From positions 1-20,122 of the forward strand of contig JBDREN010000149.1 in the NCBI GenBank assembly GCA_043819795.1: DNA of 20,122 nt, read 5' to 3'. Below, one piece after another: positions 7,762 to 15,754 of the stretch. How positions within the stretch are numbered: position 1 is the first letter of the stretch; each line of letters begins with the position of its first letter. Source of the stretch: Elusimicrobiota bacterium (GTDB taxonomy: Bacteria > Elusimicrobiota > Elusimicrobia > UBA1565). A program made the translations under genes and the position numbers. The notes below the pieces were generated by a model. That model was given only the letters and a program-made list of their open reading frames with translations, was not told the origin of the DNA and ran no database searches.

Positions 7762-8582
7762 CGGGCTTTTTGCAGTTCATGCTCTTGCCGCTCTGCGCGT
7801 GCCTGCTGATGATCATGATCCTCGCCTACCTGGGCATGCACGTGCTGGAGCGGGAGATCATCTTCATAGACATCGCCCTGGCCCAGATCGCGGTGGTGGG
7901 CGCCATCGTCGCCATGGTGGCCTTCCACGCCGAGCATCACACCCTCCTGGCCAACCTGTGCGCCTTCGGCGCCACGCTCCTGGCGGCGGCCTTCTACGCC
8001 TTGGCGCAAAAAGGGGTGCGGGGGCTGTCGATCGAGACGATCATCGGGATCAGCTACGCCGTGGCCGCGGCCGCGGCGCTCCTCTTCGTGGGCCTGAGCG
8101 CGGAAGGCCACGCCCACGTGCACCATATGCTCAGCGGCAGCCTCCTTTGGATCAGCTGGAAGGAGCTCCTGTATTGCTGCGCCGCGGCCTTGCCGGCCGG
8201 AGGCGTCTTTCTCGCCTTCCGCGGAAGGTTCTGGGAGCTCTCGCGCGGCCACGCGAAGAGCGGGGCGAAGGCCCGCGAGGGCGCGCTCGGGTGGAACCTC
8301 CTGTTCTACGCGCTCCTCGGCGTCGTGATCACCGCCTTCGTCCGGATCGCCGGGGTCCTGGTGGTGTTCTCCTTCCTCATCATGCCCGCGACCTTCGCCG
8401 CCATGTTCTCGGAAAGCCTGGGGCGGCGCTGGGCCGTCGCCTGCCTGTGCGGAGCCGCGGCGTCGGTCGCGGGCCTTCTCTTCTCCTACTATCTCGACTT
8501 CTCGGTGGGACCTTCGGTGGTGTCCTTCCTCGGCGCGGCGCTGGTCGCCGGCGCCGCGGTCAAGCGCCTCACCGCCGGATAG
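7758..8582 (+). CDS. Metal ABC transporter permease (ZnuB/ABC-3 family), subunit 2, with His-rich loops
   Basis: ATGA overlap with the previous gene, 274 aa starting MTGFLQFM. Motifs YLGMHVLEREIIFIDIALAQIA, ETIIGISY and GVLVVFSFLIMPA. Loops FHAEHH and EGHAHVHH. Confidence 0.88.
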   Translation: MTGFLQFMLLPLCACLLMIMILAYLGMHVLEREIIFIDIALAQIAVVGAIVAMVAFHAEHHTLLANLCAFGATLLAAAFYALAQKGVRGLSIETIIGISYAVAAAAALLFVGLSAEGHAHVHHMLSGSLLWISWKELLYCCAAALPAGGVFLAFRGRFWELSRGHAKSGAKAREGALGWNLLFYALLGVVITAFVRIAGVLVVFSFLIMPATFAAMFSESLGRRWAVACLCGAAASVAGLLFSYYLDFSVGPSVVSFLGAALVAGAAVKRLTAG

Positions 8583-8632
8583 GCGGCCGCCGGCGGGCCG
8601 CTCGTCGTCCTTCTTGGGGTCCTCGGAGCGGT

Positions 8633-9664
8633 TTACAGCGCGGAAAGGAGCGCCTTCGCGCGGGCGGCCCAGCTGGAGTCGCCCAAGATCGAGACCGCGC
8701 CTTGGAGATAGCCGACCGCCCTGGAGCGCGTCTTCTTCTTCTTGAGGTAGTGCTTCCCCAGGCGGAACGAGATTTCCGCCTCCACATCCTTCTTGTCCCT
8801 CTCGCGGTAGGTCTCGGTGTTCCACCAGCGCGCCTCGTCGCCGCGCACCAGCTTCTCCAGGAAGTGGAGGTCCTTGACGCCCCGCTTGCGGCGCAGCCGC
8901 CACCGCGGCAGGAACATCTGGTTGGTGGCCCGGGTCACCCGGACGGGCACGCTGTTGGGCGCCCGCTCGACGGCCTTGTCCATCCGCCGGATCCCGCGCT
9001 GAAGCCAGAACCACTTCTTGATGGGGTTCCACGAGTCCCGCGCGACGAGGACCTCGGAGCTCCCAAGATAGGCCGGCAGCTCCTCGTCTTCGGGCGCGAG
9101 CTTGACGGCCCGGCCCAGATACTTGAACGCCATCTTGGAGAAACCCTTGGACCGATGCTTGTAGCTGGCCTGATGGTAGGCGATCCCGAGCCGCTTGTTC
9201 GCCAAGGGATCGTCCGGACGCGCGGTCACCGCCTTCTCCAGATGCTCGATGAAGCGCCCCCATGCTTCGGGGGCGTCGGCGCCAGCGGGGCCTCCCGAGC
9301 CCTTGGGACCGCTGGCGGCCCTGGAGCCCTCCGTCGCTTTGGGGGCCTCGGCCGCTTTGGAGCCCTCGGCGGCCTGGGAACCGCCCGAGGACTGGGAACT
9401 ACTGGCGGCCCTGGAGCCCTCCGTCGCCTTAGGGGCCTCGGCCGCCCTGGACCCCTCGGCGGCCTGGGAGCCGTCGGCCGTCTGAGGTCGGTCGAAGTGA
9501 TCCAGAGTGATCTTGCCGTCCCCGCCTATGACCTTCTTCTCGCCGTAATCGATGAGGACGATCTCGCCCCCCGGCGGCCGGCACGCCGGCGAGGACACCG
9601 CCACGGAAGCCGGCAGGAAGGCGGCGGCCAGACCGCCGGCAAGCATCCATACCACTCTGTTCAT
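8633..9664 (-). CDS. Exported hypothetical protein with a low-complexity Ala/Ser/Glu/Gly linker and a TPR-like helical domain
   Basis: Start MNRVVWML at 9664 after GGGAGGG, with a hydrophobic N-terminus. TPR-like segments LEKAVTARPDDPLANKRLGIAY, LGRAVKLAPED and MDKAVERAPNS. Confidence 0.75.
   Translation of the reverse strand: MNRVVWMLAGGLAAAFLPASVAVSSPACRPPGGEIVLIDYGEKKVIGGDGKITLDHFDRPQTADGSQAAEGSRAAEAPKATEGSRAASSSQSSGGSQAAEGSKAAEAPKATEGSRAASGPKGSGGPAGADAPEAWGRFIEHLEKAVTARPDDPLANKRLGIAYHQASYKHRSKGFSKMAFKYLGRAVKLAPEDEELPAYLGSSEVLVARDSWNPIKKWFWLQRGIRRMDKAVERAPNSVPVRVTRATNQMFLPRWRLRRKRGVKDLHFLEKLVRGDEARWWNTETYRERDKKDVEAEISFRLGKHYLKKKKTRSRAVGYLQGAVSILGDSSWAARAKALLSAL
9312..9472 (-). repeat. Intragenic 90-bp-period duplication in the low-complexity linker
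   Basis: CTGGCGGCCCTGGAGCCCTCCGTCGC occurs at 9312 and 9402. It encodes GSQAAEGS(R/K)AAEAPKATEGSRAAS twice. Confidence 0.85.
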
Positions 9665-9825
9665 GATCCCTCCCCGCCCCTCAGAAAGAAGCCTGCGGCA
9701 TTGTACGTATTGACGATGACGCCCGGCAACCCGGCTCCCGGGACGAGCGCTCCGGCGTCGGGACATCGCTTTTCGAATTGTTAAAATGTCTTATCCGCCG
9801 CTTGAGCGGAGCCGCCGCCCATACC

Positions 9826-10728
9826 ATGACCGCAGACGGATTTCCGAAGAGCTCCAAGAAACGCCGCGGGCGCGCCGCGCCGGAGGACGGGACACTGGTC
9901 GAACGCGGGTATATCCGCGTGGCCCGCGAGGAGGCGATGAGGAAGCTCCGGGACTACCAGCTCCCGGAGGAGGTCAGCCCCCTGCTGTTTTGGATCCGCT
10001 GCGCGGTGGCCGCGGGAGCGACGCATATCCGGATCAAGCAGTATGCCGCCTGGTGCGAGATCCGCTTCGACGGACGTCCCTTCGACCGCCGGGACTTGAG
10101 CGACCCGTACGGAGTCCTCTTCGGCGTGAGGGCTCCCTCCGGCGTCATGACCAAGTTCCTGGCCTTGGGGCTCCTGCGGGCGAAGCGGGCGCTCCCGCAA
10201 CAGATAACCGTGCGCTCCGGAACCAGTCCGAGACGCTATATCCTCCATTGGAGGCCCCCGGAGGAGGACGTCCTTGAAACGTCGACGGATAACGAAACCG
10301 AAACCGCCATCCAGTTGGCCTGGAAGGAACCGTACAGCGAGTTTTGCCGCCCGCTATACCTTTCCGCGGAAGGATATATGGAACATTGCATCATGAGCCC
10401 GGCGTCCATCGCCCTGGGCGACCGGCTCATCTTCGATCCCGAGGAGGACGGACCGCCGGGAACCCCGATCGAGGCCGAAAGGCTTCGGGGAACCGTGGTG
10501 GCTGGCGAGGGGCCCGACGGCAAGGCGGGCTATCTGGATCTGTGCGCGTATGGGGTGCGCGTCGCTCAGGTGCGCATCCCGGACCTGGAATCCCCGGTCC
10601 GGGCCTGGGTCAATTGCGACCGCTTTCTGATGAACGCCTCGCACACCGGTGTCGTGCGCAATGCGCGCTATACGACGGCCATGTCGGCGGTCCAGAGCCT
10701 GGCCAGGCGCCTGTCCGCTGAGAGCTAG
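9826..10728 (+). CDS. Hypothetical protein, possibly a degenerate Hsp90/GHKL-like fold
   Basis: 300 aa from ATG 9826. N-terminal EAMRKLRDYQL..LLFWIRCAVAAGATHIRI resembles the GHKL helix region. C-terminal AWVNCDRFLMNASHTGVVRN resembles the Hsp90 middle-domain GVVDSEDLPLNISR. An extended -10 (TGtTAAAAT, 9779-9787) lies upstream. Confidence 0.6.
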   Translation: MTADGFPKSSKKRRGRAAPEDGTLVERGYIRVAREEAMRKLRDYQLPEEVSPLLFWIRCAVAAGATHIRIKQYAAWCEIRFDGRPFDRRDLSDPYGVLFGVRAPSGVMTKFLALGLLRAKRALPQQITVRSGTSPRRYILHWRPPEEDVLETSTDNETETAIQLAWKEPYSEFCRPLYLSAEGYMEHCIMSPASIALGDRLIFDPEEDGPPGTPIEAERLRGTVVAGEGPDGKAGYLDLCAYGVRVAQVRIPDLESPVRAWVNCDRFLMNASHTGVVRNARYTTAMSAVQSLARRLSAES

Positions 10729-10735
10729 ACCGCGG

Positions 10736-11044
10736 CTACTTCCCGCACTTCCAGCACGCCTTGAACTGACGCTCGATCACCTCGCCGCAGCTCGGGCAGG
10801 TCCAGGCCTTGACGCATGACTGTTCGGGGTCGGACCGTAGGTGCTCCTGGATCAAGGCCTCGGCGCGCTCGAGGTCCTCATCGTTCCGGATCCATACCGC
10901 CGGGCAGGCGTCGATGCCCGATCCCACCCCGAAAAGGCCGTGCAGGACGGCGCCCCGCACCTCGCCGGGGATGCCCGCTTCCTGAAGCATCGCCTGAATC
11001 AATCCGGCCTCGGGCAGGTTCGTTCCCGTGTAGACCTTTTTCAT
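10736..11044 (-). CDS. DUF2007 (putative signal-transducing, PII-like fold) protein with a C-terminal RanBP2-type zinc finger
   Basis: 102 aa starting MKKVYTGTNLPEAGLIQAMLQEAGI. C-terminal WTCPSCGEVIERQFKACWKCG. RBS GAGGGAG upstream. Confidence 0.85.
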   Translation of the reverse strand: MKKVYTGTNLPEAGLIQAMLQEAGIPGEVRGAVLHGLFGVGSGIDACPAVWIRNDEDLERAEALIQEHLRSDPEQSCVKAWTCPSCGEVIERQFKACWKCGK

Positions 11045-11121
11045 CTTCGCTCCCTCGTCGCGAGCCGGCCGCGCCGGCCTCACGCCGCCGGTCGTCCGCG
11101 GCCACGCGGCCCTCATCCAAG

Positions 11122-11150
11122 AGTATAGGCGACGTCCGCCCGCGAGGCAA
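11122..11150 (-). promoter_or_regulatory. Sigma70-type promoter for the DUF2007 gene
   Basis: Minus-strand TTGCCT (11150-11145), a 17-bp spacer and TATACT (11127-11122). Confidence 0.6.
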
Positions 11151-11155
11151 GGTTG

Positions 11156-11164
11156 TGCTAGAAT
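11156..11164 (+). promoter_or_regulatory. Extended -10 promoter for the amylase gene
   Basis: TGcTAGAAT lies 13 nt before ATG 11178. No SD is visible, implying a very short 5' UTR. Confidence 0.5.
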
Positions 11165-11177
11165 CTTCTTTCCACCC

Positions 11178-13686
11178 ATGAACGCGATATCCTGGCGGGA
11201 CAAGACGATCTATTTCATCCTCACCGACCGCTTCTGCAACGGCGATACGTCCAACGACGATTTCAGGAAAGGCGAGTACGACCCCGGCAACGACGACTGC
11301 TATCAGGGCGGCGACCTCAAGGGCGTCGCCCGGAGGCTCCCCTTCATCAAAAGCCTGGGCTTCGACGACATCTGGATCACCCCGCCCGTGCACAACCAGT
11401 GGATCAACCCGTACGTTCCGACGCGCGGCTTCCACGGCTACTGGGCCTACGATTTCATGCGGGTGGACCCGCACCTGGGGACGCTGGCGGACTACAGGGC
11501 GCTGGTGGCCGAGGCGCACCGCCTCGGCATCAAGGTCATCCAGGACATCGTGGTCAACCACACGGGGAACTACTTCACCGTGGACGAGAAAGGCTACGAC
11601 CCGAAGCATCCCGAACGGAACTGGAGGGAGCTCGCGGAGTCCTATCCGCCCGGCGAATCGCCCAAGGCGCCCAACGATCCCGTGTTCCGCATGAACAACC
11701 CGAACATCCCGGAGCACCGGAAGGCGGCGGCCTACAACTTCACGCCCAACATCTCGGACTTCAAGAGCCGGAAGCAGACCCTCACCTATTCGATGGGGGA
11801 CCTCGACGACATCAACCTGCGCAGCCCCCATCGCCGCGCGGCGCCTCAAGGAGATCTACCGGTACTGGATAGACGAGGTGGGCATCGACGGCTTCCGCGT
11901 GGACACCGTCTATTACACGCCCGAGGACTTCTACGAGGGCTTCCTTTACGACAAGGACCCCGAGAGCCCCGGCGTCAAACGTTTCGCCGAGAAAAAGGGG
12001 ATCAAGGACTTCTTCGTCTTCGGCGAGGTCTGGTGCTACGACTACGCGGCGATCAACCGCTACCTCAAGGACGGCCGCACGGTCCGCCTGGATTCGGCCA
12101 TCGACCTGCCGCTCAACGAGGTCCTGAGCAAGGTCTTCTTCCGGAAAGGCCCGACCGATGAGCTCCGGGAGGTCCTCGGGGCGCGCCGACACAACCGGAA
12201 CCTCTGGGTCAACTTCCTGGACAACCACGACGTCGAGCGCATCAACAGCCGGGCCGGCCGGCCGGCGGTGAGGCAGTCCTTGGCGGCCCTCTTCACGCTC
12301 CCGGGGATCCCCTGCGTCACCTACGGGACCGAGGCGGGTTTCAAGGCGGCCAGGCAGAACATGTTCCGGGACGAATGCTGCGATAAGCGCTCCGAGCACT
12401 TCGCATTCCTAAAGGAGATGATCGATTTCCGGAAGAGGCACCCGGCGCTGCGCAGGGGCAGATGCAAGGTCGAGCGGACCTCGCCCGCCGCGGGCGTGCT
12501 GGCCTACTCGGTATTCCACGAGAACGAGCGCTATTTGATGGTGTTCAACACCTCGGCGGACAGGATGTTCCACGACCCCGGATTCCGGGGCCGTGCCGAG
12601 GCCCGGGTTCTGCTCTCGTCGGAAAAAAGAAAGACCGTCTCCGGCCCCATGATCCTGGGGCCGGACTCCTACCTGGTCCTGCGGACGCGCACCCGGAAGG
12701 CCGCGCGCGCCAAGAAGGCGCGCCCTCCGGTGCGGCGTCGACCCCGGCAGGGGCGCCATGCCGGACGCCCTCTGGTCGTGCGTTGGCGGCCGGTGCGGAT
12801 GAGCGCGCTTCCGGGCAAGACCCGCAAGGGCAAGATCGCGATCGACTTCAAGGTCCGCGAGCCGAAGAAGGTCTCGACTCTGTGGCTGCTCGCCGACGAC
12901 GACTACGACGCCAGGCTCCGGGTCCCCGACCCCGCCTCCGGCCGCTACGAGCTGGACACGGCCGGGCTCGGCAACGGAAGGCACCGCATCGCCCTGCTGG
13001 CAAAGACGAAGTCCGGCGCGCTCGCCGCCTCCAACGAGGTCTTTCTCAACGTGGCCAACGACTACCGCCTGATCGCGCGGGCGGCCGTGCCGGAGGAAGG
13101 CAGGGCCGGCGTGGCCCGGAAGCTCCACGCGCCCGGCGATCCGAGCTACGACCGCCAGGTGTCGATGGAGGAAGTAAGCATCCTCACTAGTGGCAAGGAC
13201 CTCCGGATAAAGATTAGAATGTCCAACGTCACCGACGATTGGAACCCGCCCAACGGCTACGACCATGTCTATTTCAGCGTCTTCTTCGATTTCCCGGGAC
13301 GGCCGGGCAAGCGCTTTTTTCCCAAGCTGGACTACGGGCGGGACGATTTCGAGTTCAACGCCGGGTTCCTGCTCTACGGCTGGGGCGCGGTGTCCTTCGG
13401 CGCGGACGACTCGACGCAAGACGCGTACGGGAGCCCCCTGATCGGCGAGGCGGCTCAGCACGCCGACCTGAAGGGCGGGACGATCTCCTTCACGCTCTCG
13501 AAGAAGATCTTCGACGCGCTCGAGACTTTCGCCGGGACGAAGGTATTCCTGTCCACCTGGGACGGCTACCTGGCGGACCTGCGGCCCGTATCGGACAAGA
13601 AGGAGGAATGGAGCTTCTACGCGCTCGACGGCAAGGACGCGAAGGGGCTCCCCAAGGTCTTCGACCACGTGATCATCCGTCTCTGA
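11178..13686 (+). pseudogene. GH13 alpha-amylase/cyclomaltodextrinase-like glycosidase with a C-terminal glucodextranase (DOMON-like) domain; frameshifted near 11829 (pseudogene or sequence error)
   Basis: The first frame has IYFILTDRFCNGD, YQGGDLKG, FHGYW and DIVVNH. The second frame has the catalytic motifs GIDGFRVDT, FGEVW and FLDNHD, plus C-terminal TDDWNPPNGYDHVYFSVFFD. Deleting one C from CCCCC (11825-11829) gives DINLRSPIAARRLKEIYRYWIDEVGIDGFR and a continuous 835-aa ORF. Confidence 0.85.
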
Positions 13687-13699
13687 GAGGCATCGCCAC

Positions 13700-14965
13700 A
13701 TGACCGCCCATCCGGAAAAGAAGCTCGGCCTCCATAACGAAAGCCCCGTGGTCCTGGCCCTGGACACGCCCGTCGTCAGGACCCGCAAGGGGGTCAAGGA
13801 GACCGCCTTCAAGCGGGAATTCTTCATCGGCAAAGGGTCGAGCCTGAACGAGGCGAGCGGCCGCTCCTTCACGAAGACCAATCTCGGAGAGCTCTTCACC
13901 AAGAACAGGAAGGCCTTCGGGTCGACCGTCATGCCGGATTCGACCGAGAAGGTATTCGTCTTCCTCTATCCGACCCGGACCTACTCGGAAGGGCTCGGGG
14001 GAGGCCTTTTCTCGGACATGGCTCCCGAGGACCGCGGGCTGATCCGGAAGCTGCGGAGCAAGTTCAAGCGAAGAGCGGAATGCTACCACATCTCCCTGAT
14101 GGACACCGGCCTCTTCGAGGGCCTCCAGGACTATTTCGAAAGCGAGCATCAGCAGAAAAAGTACCACAGCCAGAAGAAAACGCGTCCGGCCGCGCCGAAG
14201 GGCGCCTTCAAGAAGAAGCCCGGGCTGCTGGGCTTCGACGCGAAGTACCTTTCCGGCATGAAGGACATCTTCGTCAGCTGCATGACCCGGCCGAACCGGC
14301 AGGACTACATATATCTATGGACGAAGACCTTCGGTCTCAACCTCGTCGTCCGCTTGGTTTTCGTGACCAAGGGCGTGATGAGCGGCCAGCTCCCCCTGGC
14401 GCGAGCGGTCATCTCCACGTCCTGGTACCAGATCCAGGACGCCGTCTTCACGGTGTTCGGCCAGACCTACATGAAGTTCCTGGGCAAGATGACGGGGATG
14501 CTGCGCCTCCACAACGCGTACGTCGGGGATTTCGCCTTCGTCTACATCCAGCTCTGCCTCTTCGAGTTCCTCAACCGCCTGCTGCTCGGCCCGCTGGGGG
14601 AGAACCCGCTCGTCTATACCTGGACCGGCGTGGGCCTGATCTTCCTGAACATCCTGCAGGGCATGATATCCGGCGGGCCCCTCATCCCCGCGATCAACAA
14701 GATGCGCCGGGTGGGGCTCATCAGCCATCCGGTGATGATGCACCTCTACCAGCTCACCAGCCTGACCATGCACTTCGGCCTGTTCGCCAGCTTCGGCTAC
14801 CAGACGTTCTACGCGGTCCTGACCGGCTCCGTGCTGGTCCTGTCCTGGACGGCCTACGTCTTCTTCTCGGTATTCTTCAAGGACCCCGTGGTGGGAAAAG
14901 TCGAGGACCCCACGCTCATCGCCAAAATCGACCGCCTGGCCGCCGGCTGCTACGCGGCGGGCTAG
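13700..14965 (+). CDS. Hypothetical membrane protein (soluble N-terminal half, multi-TM C-terminal half)
   Basis: 421-aa ORF with GAGG RBS, 13 bp after the amylase stop, and GC3-rich codon usage. Several hydrophobic segments occur in the C-terminal half. Confidence 0.75.
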   Translation: MTAHPEKKLGLHNESPVVLALDTPVVRTRKGVKETAFKREFFIGKGSSLNEASGRSFTKTNLGELFTKNRKAFGSTVMPDSTEKVFVFLYPTRTYSEGLGGGLFSDMAPEDRGLIRKLRSKFKRRAECYHISLMDTGLFEGLQDYFESEHQQKKYHSQKKTRPAAPKGAFKKKPGLLGFDAKYLSGMKDIFVSCMTRPNRQDYIYLWTKTFGLNLVVRLVFVTKGVMSGQLPLARAVISTSWYQIQDAVFTVFGQTYMKFLGKMTGMLRLHNAYVGDFAFVYIQLCLFEFLNRLLLGPLGENPLVYTWTGVGLIFLNILQGMISGGPLIPAINKMRRVGLISHPVMMHLYQLTSLTMHFGLFASFGYQTFYAVLTGSVLVLSWTAYVFFSVFFKDPVVGKVEDPTLIAKIDRLAAGCYAAG

Positions 14966-14973
14966 CCAAACCC

Positions 14974-15034
14974 GCGCCGCGGGCTCGCCCGGCGGCGCGC
15001 AGTCATGCCGCCGCCGCAGGCTCGCCCTGCGGCG
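14974..15034. terminator. Pair of related GC-rich hairpins between convergent genes (terminator or REP-like)
   Basis: GCGCCGC-GGGCTCGCCCG-GCGGCGC (14974-14998) and CGCCGCAGG-CTCGC-CCTGCGGCG (15012-15034). Neither has a U-tract. Confidence 0.45.
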
Positions 15035-15112
15035 TCCAGTCCGCTGCGCTATCGGGAACTCCATCACAAGAGCGCCGTTAGCCTTCCGGCGCCCGAAGCA
15101 GGCGACATCCGG

Positions 15113-15754
15113 TCAGTCTTTCAGGAACCGCTCCCACGCCCGCTCGACGGCGACCCGCGATCCCATGCCCACCGCCACCACGAACGCGAGGCCCAGGGCT
15201 CCCATGAGGACGGAGAACGCGATGAGGATGACCTCCCTGGCGATGTCCAGCTGCGAGAGCGCCATCGCCAGGAAGAAGGCCAGAAGCACCCACCGGACGA
15301 AGTGGGTCAGGAGCCCCGCCCGCCGGACGCCTTCCCCGCGCAGGGTGCCGGCGACCGACGTCGAGACGAGGTTGGACAGCAGGTAGCCGACCCCGGCCGT
15401 CACCGTCGCGCTCAGCAGGCGCGGCAGGAGGAGGACCGCGCTGTGGATGAACTCGGAGAGCGCGGTCAGCTTCCAGATCAGCAGGGCGTTGTTGAGGAAG
15501 ACGAGAAAGATGGGCAGGGCCAGAAGCGCGCCCAGGGCCCGGTAAATGGTATGCCGGACGTCCGCTTTCTCGAACGTATGCCGCAGCCCGAGCCGCTGGA
15601 ACAGGCGATCGATCCGCAGCACGATGCACAGGCGGTACGTGACCTGCATGATCAGCCATGCCAGGATCAGGCCCAGCAGCGCGAGCACCATCCCCGCGAG
15701 CAGGGTCGGCAAATAGGCCGCGATTTGTTCAATGCCCCTTTGAAAGATGGTCAT
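15113..15754 (-). CDS. CmpX-like / MscS N-terminal TM-helix membrane protein
   Basis: ATGA overlap with the APC gene, 213 aa. Repeated TM_helix motifs AYLPTLLAGMVLALLG and LLLPRLLSATVTAGVG, and C-terminal ALGLAFVVAVGMGSR. Confidence 0.78.
   Translation of the reverse strand: MTIFQRGIEQIAAYLPTLLAGMVLALLGLILAWLIMQVTYRLCIVLRIDRLFQRLGLRHTFEKADVRHTIYRALGALLALPIFLVFLNNALLIWKLTALSEFIHSAVLLLPRLLSATVTAGVGYLLSNLVSTSVAGTLRGEGVRRAGLLTHFVRWVLLAFFLAMALSQLDIAREVILIAFSVLMGALGLAFVVAVGMGSRVAVERAWERFLKD

Noticed and set aside
8583..8632. GC hairpin between the convergent permease and TPR-like genes as an intrinsic terminator
   Set aside because: The stem is bulged with no U-tract, and such stems are expected by chance at this GC content.
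11829..12161. C-terminal 110 aa of the 327-aa amylase ORF as a real domain
   Set aside because: It is out-of-frame sequence after the frameshift. The GH13 motifs continue in the other frame.
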